DNA of 64,000 nt from Eledone cirrhosa (Eukaryota). Numbering within the stretch: the stretch's first letter is position 1; every line of letters starts with the position of its first letter. The stretch covers positions 130,572,001-130,636,000 of the forward strand of contig OZ024742.1 of the NCBI GenBank assembly GCA_964016885.1, written 5' to 3'. The translations under genes were made by a program, and so were the position numbers. The notes beneath the pieces were generated by a model. The model was given only the letters and a program-made list of their open reading frames with translations. It was not told the origin of the DNA and did no database searches. Positions 15,318 through 28,609 of the stretch are shown piece after piece.

Positions 15318-15681
15318 GAAGGAAAACTCTGATATAACACCTGCAACTCTGATGGTATCCAATGATGTTGACTTGTTCTTCTTTTTGGTAAATATCATCT
15401 TGGTTAAGCGAGTGGGACTGGCTTTGTGCAGTGCCTTTGCTCACTATAAAAGCTTCACGGCACAGGCATTGCTTTATATCTGGAGATCTCTCTGCACTTG
15501 TCGTCACATGGTACCGTGGGCCCAGCACTATGTGTCAATATTTGTCACAAGTGTAGTGTTTGTACCAGAGTTTTCAAGTCGCTGGCTGGACTAAAAGTCA
15601 CACTCGTTCAGCGCATTGGTAGGAGTTCTCCTACATGGATATAAAGTAGTGGCCGTACTCGAAAACGAGTTGGCAGCCACC
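15318..15681 (+). mobile_element. Bipartite non-autonomous RTE derivative with intact 3' end
   Basis: RTE-like 5' UTR piece fused to a frameshifted C2H2-like remnant (CSVCTRVFKSLAGLK..). Ends in the hairpin CTCG-AAAA-CGAG followed by (TATG)n. Confidence 0.85.
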
Positions 15682-17175
15682 TTGTATGCATGTATGTATG
15701 TATGTATGTATGTATGTATGTATGTATGTATGTATGTATGTATGTTATGTATGTATGTATGTATGCATGCGTGCATGTATGTATGTATGTATGTATGTAC
15801 GTATGTATCTATCTATCTATATACGACCCTATATTTGAAATGAAGAAATATAACATCAGTAAATGTTAAAGTAACAAACATAGTTATATCAAAACAGCAG
15901 TGAAATGGCTGACAGAATATAATAAATCGTCAATTTGTTTAATTCCTCCTGCTGTCTCTTCCGTATACTTATTTCTGATGCTGAGCCAGGTCAGTGTACT
16001 TTCTTATACGCTAAATGTTTCCATCCAGCTGTCAGGAACAGTAGGTAAAATGTAGTATAGACCAATCTCCAGCTAAATCTAGTTTGGTCTAGTAATATTC
16101 AGTGTCTCATCTGAAATTCTAAAATTCTAAAGTATGTCTCGAACCCGGAGTCTCATCATGCCGGTGCTTATCCCAGACAGAATGCCAACTATTGTTGGTA
16201 CTAATTTTCAGCTGAGTATACTAGTGCAACGTGAAGTGAAGTGTTTTGCCCAAGAACTCAATACACAACCCAGTCTAGAAATCGAACCGACAACATTATG
16301 ATCGTAAGTACAACACCCTTACCACTCGGTCGTTATTTTACAACCACGTTGTTGTCCTATTTCAGTCACTATACCATCTTTCCCGGGTGCTTTGCAAGTG
16401 TTTATTTGTCTCACTGTAGTCTGAATCTCTTCCAGTGTGTGAGGATCAACAAGCTTGTTAATCACAAGAGTTTGATCCACGGCCTCATTAACGTCAAGAT
16501 TAACGTTAAAGTGTGCGCGCTAGCTTGTCTTGATTTAATCATGTTTACACAACACTTCGTTTCAATTCTTTGACCACAGTGGGGAAAAGACTGGTAGGTG
16601 GTTCATGTACAGTACGCAGTTAATGTTACAATGATATAGCACCTCGTTTTATGCTAAGGCTTGTTTGTGATGCGCTTTATCGTGCAACCAAGAATTTTTT
16701 GCTGCTCGGAGTTCGAGTTGCACTCACGCCTTACATTCTTTGAAAGCCGAGATTTTTCTGCGTCTTCCTTGGAGCAAGATAAAAACTTGTCCAGACATAT
16801 TTTCTTTTTCCTTAGCAGGCTTTCCACTAGTGGTTCATTTGCAGTAAAACAGTCCTGATGTTTTTTCTATGCAGAACCCAAAGTCATGGCTGCTGCTACA
16901 TAAAGCTGTTTGCTGAAAGACAGTCATGCACCAACACCATTGGTGACTTCAATTTGCTGAACTGCGTCATGGAAATCCTTTAATTTTTCTGGGTAAACCA
17001 ATTGTGAGGTGTTTACGTCACTGCAGCCTTACACCACCGTGTTTCATCTTTCGAACACAAGCACGGAGAGTTGCCCTTAGGAGATGGTGGCTCGTCAATA
17101 CTCTGGCCCTCTCACACAATGGATAGATCTGACATCTCACAAATTGTCTCGTCTTACAATCACGTTGTAAATAAT

Positions 17176-17362
17176 TGTTTCTACTTTTGGAACAAGGCCA
17201 GCAATTACCCAGTACATTACTGGTACTTTATTTTATCGATCCCGTAAGGATGATAGGCAAAGTTAACCTCGGCGGGATTTGAACTCAGACTGTAAAGGGA
17301 CGTAACTATGCCGGAAAGCATGGCATCTGACCCGGCACCGATACTGCCAATTCACCACCCTT
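17176..17362 (-). mobile_element. Full-length tRNA-derived SINE with 16-bp TSD
   Basis: Family consensus on the reverse strand; flanked by TCAC[G/A]TTGTAAATAAT. Confidence 0.9.
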
Positions 17363-18031
17363 CACATTGTAAATAATGTGCCAATGACATGAACATGGGT
17401 GCATTTAGGCCCTTCTGTTTTTGTTCTTCTGTTTGAAACACGTGTTTCCCACAAAATCGAATTCCCGGCACACCTGCAACAGGATAAGTCCATTGCCATT
17501 ATACTTTCCCGTTCCATAAAGACCTATGCTGCTCTATGTAGAAGAGTTTTATCCAACACAACCATTCAAGTCACCCGACACTAGAAGTTTGTCATCCCAA
17601 TTTACATTTTGTAAGACTATTCGCAGATCCACGAAAAATATATCTATTTCTTCTCGGGGACTTACAAGAGCTGGAGCGTACAAACTCACCCAAGTCATAA
17701 AGCGGTTAAAGTGGAGCAGCAGCTTAAGTGTCATAATCCGATCGTTCTTAGCGCAAAACCGATTCAGACTTCACGGCGCTCATATGTTGGCCGACCTTTG
17801 TAGAATAAGGTGTATCACGAGTCATGTTCATCTAGCTGGCCCTCTTCAGGTAGTCACGTTTCAGAGAGAACGACAATATCTAGTTGATACCGACAGAACT
17901 CTTTACAAAGAAGAGCAGTTCGACGTTCAGCAAGATTTGAGCCTGCTAAATCCAAAGCGTGTATACTTTCCAGGAAGCAATTTTCAAAGATCCCATTGAA
18001 GATGTATTCTGTCATTATTTGTCATATTAGT

Positions 18032-18218
18032 GGCGGGGGATTGGCAATATCGGTAGAGGGTCGGACGCCATGCTTTGCCGCATAGAGTTACGGCCTTTTC
18101 CATTCTGAGTTCAAATACCGCCGAGGTTAACTTTGCCTTTCATCTTTACGGGGTCGATGAAATAAAGTACCAGTAATGTCCTGGGTAATTACTGGCCTTG
18201 TGCCAAAAGTAGAAACAA
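18032..18218 (+). mobile_element. Full-length tRNA-derived SINE with 18-bp TSD
   Basis: GGCGGGGGATTGGCAATATCGG...GTTCAAAT...AGAAACA flanked by ATTATTTGTCATATTAGT. Further copies lie at ~35441, 43093, 43545, 44872, 45415(-), 47689, 48075(-), 53103, 53808, 59159, 59375, 60871 and 61064. Confidence 0.92.
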
Positions 18219-18904
18219 TTATTTGTCATATTAGTCATTTCATTTTCATTACAAGTATTTTTCCCGCCTAAGTGAACAACCGCCAGCCACGGGTTGCCGG
18301 TCAGCTTAGATATTGGTAAACTTTCTTTAGACCACCTTTTCTAGGTCCCTCTTGGCTAGGAGGTGAGCAGTGCTCATCCTGGAAAGGTCTGTTCAGTCAC
18401 TTCCGATGCAGCCAAGTCGTATCATAGCCTATGTTCGGAGAAAAAACGATCAATATCCCAAGTCACCTACACGTGGGTTTGCTACTACGTACTTACAGTT
18501 TTTAGGCCTGTTCACATCATAGTTCTCCCTCTTGCCGCAGGTCTTTTGAATGAAACGTTGTGCGTTATCCGTTCAGAGTCTAAGAAGTCCCTGTGCGTAA
18601 AATTGATTATAGTGGACGTGGCTTGCACAACACCAGGCCCGCCTTTGAGACAAAACCAAAGCTGATTTCCCAACATAGGTTCAGACGAACAGCAACTGAT
18701 TCAATTTCAGGTTTTCTACCAGGGTTTCTCTCCCTTTGACGGGTTTTATTTTTCCTCCCGCAGGATGTCTAAAATCATCACCTCCTTACCAAGTTAGCTT
18801 GATGGTGCTGCCAGTTTAGACACCGACGACTCAACTATGCAACAGATTGTATTGGGTTACATGTTACCAGCACATTGCTAAGAGTATCGCAATCGCTTGT
18901 CAGA

Positions 18905-19143
18905 TTAAGATGTGTGACGCTTTTATGGCTTTTCAAGCCTGCTAGAGACTTGCACTCCTTTGCACATTGACGACAACTATGGATCTCCCTGGCCCCAGGT
19001 CTTGCATCAGGTTGCCTGTGAACCTTCACAATGCCGAGGAGATCATAGTTCACTGGTTCTCTCTGAACATGGCTACGACTGTGGCTCCTGAGAACAGATT
19101 TTCTCAAGCAAATTTTTCCACACTCAGGGCACTTCAATTCATA
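18905..19143 (-). mobile_element. RTE-like LINE C-terminal fragment with two C2H2-like fingers
   Basis: CPECGKICLRKSVLRSHSRSH and CRQCAKECKSLAGLKSH; the KSLAGLKSH motif is shared with the non-autonomous RTE 3' part. Confidence 0.65.
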
Positions 19144-19242
19144 CACACACATACATACATACATACATACATACATACATACATACATACATACATACAT
19201 ACATACATACATACATACATACATACATACATACATACATAC

Positions 19243-22200
19243 ACAGTCAACGCGATCAGTCGCATATTTTGGCGTGGGAGACTATTTATTAAATTTAAGA
19301 TGGATACTATCTCCGACAGTAATGCCACAACTACAGACATGTTGAATAACTGGTTATTCTTCTAACTATATCTTCTGAAGACACCTTTTATTAGAATTTG
19401 TAGAGATATCCGACTAAATACATAATTCTTTTTACAAGGATTTGCTACAAACAGCATGGCTGAACACAACATCAACAACAAAATTAAGGAAGTACCGAAG
19501 ACAAATAACAAGGAAGGTAAACAAACTTTATTCAGTTGTAGTTACAGAAGAAACCGAAATTATAAATCGCATTTCTCTTGGAGTTGCGAACTTAATAATG
19601 ATTTATTTAATTCTTATAAAATGGCAAAAAACAATCCCTCCATTGGCTATATGAACAGAATGAAGCCACACTGGGACGAAATGCACTCAGAGCTAAATTA
19701 TTTCACAGCGAAACAATTACGCCAACAAGCAACGTTTGTTGAACGTAAAAATAAGATAAATATTATTAATTGTAAGTCCCCCACAACAAACATGTTATCA
19801 ACAACACGTGCTACAGGTCGCCATGCTACTAGACTTCCTAGCAGCTAGGTCGAACAGCGCCTTGAAACAACTATGCCTGTAAGAAACTTGACACCACGTG
19901 TACCATCTAAGTCTACCTCGAATGCTGGGGAAAACAATATCGATAATAATAATAATCGAAGAAATAATAATAATAATCGAAGAAATTTGACACCACGTGT
20001 ACCATCCGAGTCTACCTCAACTATTGTGGAAAATACTATCGATAATGATAATAACCAAAAGTATAAACAATTGAAACTTTCCCCCAACGAAATCTTCCAG
20101 AGAGAAATTAATTCATGTATAAATATCTCTCTTGCTGAAAGTATTAAAACGACAATGTTTAATAAAAAACCAAATAATGAAATATTACGTGTTATTGACG
20201 AAATAGGGGATGCATATTTACGACGGATAAAAACCCCAACATTTTGGCAAATCAACGCCTGTTTATATGCCTTAGCAACGACAGTGAAGCATTATCTTGG
20301 TGATAGCAGAGATATTAACAAGAACAAAACACCACCAAAAATACCATCATATATAACTAAAATAGAAAAAAAGATTGCTGACCTACGAAAAAACATAGGA
20401 TATGTGACAATGCTCCTTACATGCAAACAAACACAAAAAAACCTCACTCCTCACCAACAAAGAGTAAACAATAAAATAGAGACGATGTTTGGTAACAGTA
20501 GAACCAGAACTCTCCAATATAAGCTGATCACCCTCAAACAAGAATTGAGAGCTGTTAGCGAAAAACGCTGATACCTGAAGAAAGTAGATGAGAGAAAAGT
20601 GCTTAATAAAAGATTCAGACGAAACCAAACATCAGTCTATAGAGATATGAAGGGCAAAATAATAAGTGTCACTGAGGCCCATTCCCAAAAAGACATAGAT
20701 TTCTTTTGGAGCAAAATATAGGGTGAAAAGAAGAATTTCAACCAAGATGCAGGGTGGCTAAGAGAAATCCGAAAGAACTATTGCTCCTACACTACAACAA
20801 AAACATACGAAATAAGTAAGGGTACTCTTGAGACTGTGATAGGAAAACTCCAAGATAAGAAAACACCAGGAAGAGACATGATTGTCGGCTACTGGTACAA
20901 AAAACTGATATTCTATCGGAGGTATCTTACTGACCTCTACCAACAAGTTCTTAAGGGAGATACACTTATACCAGAATGGTTGAAATTAGCACAAACATTA
21001 CTGGTCCCCAAGAACAAAAACACCCACTTGGCAAAAAACTACCGACTCATTTCATGCCAGAACCTGATGTATAAGGTGTATACAGCCTGCCTGAACCTAT
21101 TCCTCCAAGATCACTGTGAAAATAATAACATCATCACAGATGAACAAGCAGCTGGAAAGAAAGGGGTTTGGGGATGTGTTGAACAACTCCTAATAAACAA
21201 AACTGCGATGTCGGAGGTGCGACAACTTAGGAGGAATATGGCTACAGTCTGGCTGGACTACAGGAAAGCTTTCGATTCTATTCCCCACTCTTGGATGATA
21301 GAGGCCCTCCAACTTGCTAAAGTCCCAGACATTATTGTCAGAGCCATAGAGTGGCTCTCTTCTTCTTGGGCTACTATCCTAAGGTTAAAGACAGAGAGGG
21401 AGGACTCTATTTTCACTGATAAAATAAAATATTGCAGGGGTATATTTCAGGGGGACAGTATCTCTGTGATATTATTCATCTTGTCCTTTTTGCTCAAGAA
21501 ATGAGAGGGATACATCATTGGCTCACAGGAGGACAGAAATACGAACCTAACCCATAATTTCTTTGTGGACGATCTGAAAATCTATGCCAAGAACATGGAT
21601 GGGATGAAGAAAAATTTTGACCTGGTTACAACGTTCTCAAAGGATATAGGAATGGAGTTAGGCTAAGATAATTGCTCATACATGACTGTAAAGCGGGGAA
21701 AAACAACAACCCAATCTAGCAACATTGTCATCAATGGCCTAACTGTTTCACCGATATCTGACGAGGACTGCTACAGATACCTGGGGATAGATGAGAACAT
21801 ATCCTATAATGGTATCTGTAATAAAGAACGCGTAACCAGGGTATACTACACCCGAGTAAGAAAGATCTGGTCATCGGAACTCTCTGCGCAAAACAAAACA
21901 GTAGCTCACAATGTGTTTGCTGTGCCTGTTCTAACACCAACGTTTGGAATACTCAATTGGACGATAGACGAAATCCGAGCAGTTGATGTTGGAACTCGAA
22001 AAATACTAAACAACACAGGAAACTTCCACATCAACAGTGACATAGACCGTCTTTACTTGAAACGTAAACAGGGAGGCAGAGGCCTAACATCAGTCCAGAC
22101 AACATTTGAATGTCGCATCATATCTCTCCGACAACATCTACGAACCTCGAAGCGTAGGAGCCCGTTTCTCGAGCAAGTCTATCTGCATGAAACAGATAAG

Positions 22201-23358
22201 ATCATGAGAATTGGCAAGGCACTCCTCGAGAGATATTCCCTGTGTGATAATCAAAAACTCACACCCAGGGATGTCGCTCAGCAGTATCGCAGTGAATCCA
22301 TGGATGAAAAACTGCATGCTTATCAAAAAAAATCATGCATGGATATGTTGCCAGGAAGCTCCAGAGTGAGAGTTATATAGATAAGGAAAGTAGTCTATCT
22401 TGGACCAACAACCGCTATATTGGCTCCCACTTTGAAGGATACGCTTTTGCAATCCAAGAACAGGAGATTAACACGAAATACCTGATTCACAAAAGAGATA
22501 GGGATGCAGGCAAAACACCTAGATGTGATAACATGTGCAGACTCTGCAGAACTAACATCGAGGATATCACCCATGTCATCAGCAGCTGTCCAAAGATGTC
22601 ATCGCGGTACTATCTACCTATGAGGCATGATGTAGTGGCCAAAACACTGTACAATGCAGTTCGTATAAAAGATAGCCCCGATAATAAACACATTAAAAGC
22701 TACATCAATGTGGAATACATCCATGTACATAATATGAAAGAGTACTGGTGGAATGTTCCAGTAAAAACCCCAATAAAATGCAGGCATAACAGACCAGATA
22801 TTATGATATGGGACAGAGAGAAGAAAACATGCACAGTAGTGGAAATTAGCTGCCCAGCAGATGTCAATATAATATCAAAGATTAGTGAAAAGGAGAATAT
22901 TTATGCAGAACTGATGAGAAATCTGCAGATACTCCACCCTGATTACGCCTTCAGATTTATGCCTATGATTATTGGGACACTGGGGTATGTTAGTAACTGC
23001 CTCAATACAAATCTTGAGAAGCTAGGCTTCACAGGAACAGAAAGAACACAACTAGTTAGGAAATTACAAGTACAATCCATTAATGGAACAGTAAAAGTAT
23101 GTAAAACATTCCAGAAAGTTTTCATCTAATAACTGCATATACACATGTACAAAGGCAAAACATATACACATGCACACATACAACTTAAAACATACACATC
23201 CACACATACAATAACATCCATATCTACACATGCATGCGTACATACATAATCTACCTAGTTGGTGTTGTGTAAATTCCAATGAGAGAGTCTTGTGTCTATG
23301 CTAGAAACCGACTCTCTCACTATTGGTAAAACTTTGTGAAATTATAAAACCAGAAGAA
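19243..23358 (+). mobile_element. Near full-length R4/Dong-clade non-LTR retrotransposon (RT, CCHC, restriction-like endonuclease), pseudogenised
   Basis: N-terminal W..ELN.DL..GYM.RM..W..QLRQQ. RT motifs YRLISCQNLMYK, WLDYRKAFDS, RGIFQGDS and FVDDLK. CRLC..HVISSC, RHD and RPD..VVEISCP..K...Y. Several stops and frameshifts; (TACA)n on both sides. Confidence 0.95.
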
Positions 23359-24116
23359 CATACATTCATACACACATACATACATACATACATACATACA
23401 TACATACATACATACATACACACATACACACATATATACATACATACATACATACATACATACATACATACATACATACAGTATTAATAGTTGAAATTTG
23501 TAAATAACTGTTACTCTACAAGACTATAGTATTTCTACTAGCTCTACCAACAACACCTCACCCCATCCTCTCATACCACCCACAGTATCACTACCTCACC
23601 TCTTACCGCCATCAGCCAATACTGTAGAAACGTAGTTCGTTTTGGAAACCTCTTCGTAACGTCTTTAGTATTCGCAGCTTGTCTTCGTTCATGATTTAGC
23701 ATTGAGTAATTAATTTCATGTTTGTCACACACTCTCTGTTATTATCTCTTCATCCGTCTGTCCGTCCACCCGTCTGCCAGTCCATCTGTCTGGCTGTATG
23801 TCTGTAAGCCTGTTTGTCTGCTCCCCCCCCCTCATACTTTACTCCCTCGTCATCCCTGCCTGTCTGTATCAATCTTACCCATATCCTTGCATCTACCGGC
23901 CTCCCTTTCATCTACACACTGTCTGTCTATATGCCCCTTCCCCATATCCATAGCCAACTCTTTCTTCTCTGCCATTATTATTCGATGCAATTTCTAGCAA
24001 AACTAGTCGCGCGCGAAAAGACACCAGCCAAGCCGAAGCGTCGTTCTGTAATTAAGAACGTCACTATGTTTAAGACCCCATCGACTCTCCCTTCGCACCC
24101 CTGTTGCGTAGGATGC

Positions 24117-24179
<63 letters not shown>

Positions 24180-24263
24180 TACGCATGCATTGTATAGACA
24201 TACATATACGCCGCTCACAAACATACACATTCAAAGACACGTATATATATATATAACATGCAA

Positions 24264-24322
<59 letters not shown>

Positions 24323-24472
24323 ATATATATATATATAATATGAAAAAGTCCAACTCTTTCGTATTACCAAGTATCGAGTACTCTGGTGAGTAATGGTCTA
24401 ACCAGGTTTTTACTGCATCCATATTTATATATATATATGTATATATATATATAGAGAGAGAGAGATCCATAT

Positions 24473-24569
<97 letters not shown>

Positions 24570-24714
24570 ATTCTACAGGACTAATATAGATGAGATTCTA
24601 CAGTTCTAGTCCGGTAGTCCGGTAGAATTTCATATATATTAAAACTTTTATACTCTGCTATGTATTGAGTACCTTACTTACTGTGGTACCTCCGATTCAA
24701 CCCGGAATAACTTA

Positions 24715-24813
<99 letters not shown>

Positions 24814-24934
24814 TCGCAATACTTGTAAAATTTTCATAGTTGTTTTTAGAGAACCATGAAAACATTTTTTTCGTGAAATTTAAAGGTAGTACAGAAGGTT
24901 TAGTAGTTGCTTCACATGTAAATTCTAAAGTAAC

Positions 24935-25470
<536 letters not shown>

Positions 25471-25789
25471 AAGATTTCCAAAAATTAAAAAAACCACTCA
25501 GAGCTCTAGCCGTCATTATTGACATCACGGCACCACTTGTATATCAATATATGTTCTTCAGATTTAATATAAAATATTTATTTCTCAGCCAAATATTTTA
25601 CGAATAGTACAAATGACTACAATAAGGACATTGCAGTATATAACGCCCTCACATATACACATGAACACACACACGTATTTACATACACACCAGCTTTCAC
25701 ATACATACACGTTCACATAGACACACGCGCACATAAATGAACATTCATACACACACAGACACACACTCACACACACACACTCTCTCTCA

Positions 25790-25832
<43 letters not shown>

Positions 25833-26747
25833 ACACACTCACACTCACAACTCACAACTCACACACACACTCACATACACACACACACACACACACTCAC
25901 TCACACACACACACACACACTCACACATACACACATACACTCACACGCATACTCACAACTCACAACTCACACTCACACGCACATGACTGCAAGTTGTTCA
26001 ATCAACGGAACAGACTGTTCATGAAATTTATGAGTAAATTGTTTAGCACTCCACAGACACTTGTACTCTTTAAGTATTTCTCAGGGAGATTCAGCATGAC
26101 ACTGTGTGACGAGGCTGAGATTTTGAATTACAGATACAGTTCACCCGACGAACTTCCACCCAAACAGTTTCCGTTTGCTCAATATCAGTCACATGACATG
26201 GGTGGAAATGAGGTTGTGTGGTAAATGGCGCCCAAGATAACATACAGTGGGATTGAACCCAGGACCTAATGGTTATGCAACGAACTCCTTAATTATTTGA
26301 CCATGCACACACACGCACAAACACACACACTCACACACACACACTCATACACACACTCATTCACTCACACATACACACACACTCACACACTCACACACAC
26401 ACACTCATACACACACACACACACTCTCACACACACACACACTCACACACACACACACACATACTCACACATACACTCACACACACACACACATATACAG
26501 ACGCCCATACAAACACACATACACCACACGTACACATATACATACGCCCATACAAACACACATACACACGCCTCCACACACAATCACACACACTAACATA
26601 CAATACACAGTACGCACACACACATATATATACACCTACACACAATCACACACACACCACACACACACATATACATACGCCCATACAAACACATATACAC
26701 ACGCCTCCACACACAATCACACACACTAACATACAATACACAGCACG

Positions 26748-26783
<36 letters not shown>

Positions 26784-26831
26784 CATCCACATACATACGC
26801 TCACACACAAACACAGACACTAAGACACACA

Positions 26832-26872
<41 letters not shown>

Positions 26873-27254
26873 CACCCTCATACTAACGCACACACACATA
26901 CATACGCTCACACACAAACACACACACACTAACACAGACAATTGTATGGAATTTATGCTGAAATGCCAATTTCTAATGTTAAACAAGAAAATATTTCCTG
27001 TGTAAAGGAATTAGAACTTAATGAAGGAGACGAAAAAGAAAAAAACAAAAACAAAACAAAAATACAATAAAAACAAATAATAGAAAGAAGAAAAAAGAAA
27101 CAACAGCAAAAAAACAACAACAAAACAAAACTAAGCAAAGGACATTAGTATAGTGTATTTATATATTAAATATCTCGTATTTAAATCTAATTATCAAACT
27201 ACAACAGTAATTTTCTTAAACATATATACATGTACACACATATATATATATGTG

Positions 27255-27356
<102 letters not shown>

Positions 27357-28187
27357 AATAAATATATATATATATGTATGTATATATATATATATACATA
27401 TATATATATACACACATATATATGCACACATACACATACACACACACATATATATATATATGTATATATGTATATATGTATATATATATATATATATATA
27501 TTTATTATATATATATATATATATATATCATATGTGTGTGCGTGTGGGATTATGTGTGTATGTGTACGTATATATGTGATATGTATGTATGTGTGAATAT
27601 GTATATATATACAGATTCACACATACATACATATCACATACATATCGCATACATATCATATATATATATATATATATATATAGGTATACATAATATCATA
27701 TATATAGGTATACATGCATACATATTTTACATACTTACGCAGTACTAGACATACATACTTGCATACATATAGATGCATAGATCGTTACCACGTACAACAA
27801 ATTTACACTAACTACAGCACAACAATGAGAAGTTAGCGTTAATTAAAGGCTAAAATCTCAACACTTGAACGACTAAACAAAGCAATAACTTGGCTAGAAT
27901 TACCGATTAATGATGGCTCTTTTGCGTGTAGACAACGTCAGCGAAATTTCAATGAAAATTCATTGAAAATTCAATGAATTTCAGCAAATTTTAGAAACAT
28001 TCATGAGTTCACATGTTATAGTAGTAGATACATACATACTTAGAAACATACATATGTACGTACATACATACATACAAATATACATACATACATACATACA
28101 TACAAACATATATACATATATACATACATACAAATATACATAGAAACATACATACATGCATATATGCATGCAAATATATATACACAT

Positions 28188-28221
<34 letters not shown>

Positions 28222-28412
28222 ACAAATATACATACATATTTGCGCGGATATATATATATTCTCTCTCTCTCTCTCTGTCTCTGTCTCTCTCTCTCTCTCA
28301 CTCTCTCTCTCTCTCTCTCTCTCTTTATATATATATATATATAATATATATACATATATGTATATGTATATATATATACTATAAATTATGTCTCTATCTA
28401 TCTATCTATCTC

Positions 28413-28586
28413 TACATTTTTTTTTCGGGGGTATGTGTTACCCATATACACTGTCTCCCTCTATTGGGGAAAATCGACTAACTTTTAAATTCCATCTGTG
28501 ATAACATTTTACACGTTTTTATTGTATGTAAACTTCCCCCTTTGTATTTGTCCCCTTCTTTTGTGCCCCTGTGGCTAATAAAGAAA
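28413..28586 (+). mobile_element. Tx1-like 3' UTR-only insertion in (TATC)n
   Basis: Matches 5917-6083; ends AATAAAGAAA-TCTATCTATC. Confidence 0.88.
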
Positions 28587-28609
28587 TCTATCTATCTCTC
28601 TTTCTGTCT

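Larger units (their letters stand above)
16330..18860 (-). mobile_element. Decayed RTE-clade LINE (5' UTR, APE endonuclease, start of RT), interrupted by two SINEs
   Basis: Reverse strand encodes MGSLKIASW (~17995), ERRTALLCKEFCRYQLDIVVLSET, VSLYAP, LLVSGDLNGCVG and PGKDGIVTE (~16385). Confidence 0.82.

Noticed and set aside
18835-19236. Host C2H2 zinc-finger gene
   Set aside because: No TGEKP linkers; the motif is shared with RTE 3' ends and lies among retroelement debris.
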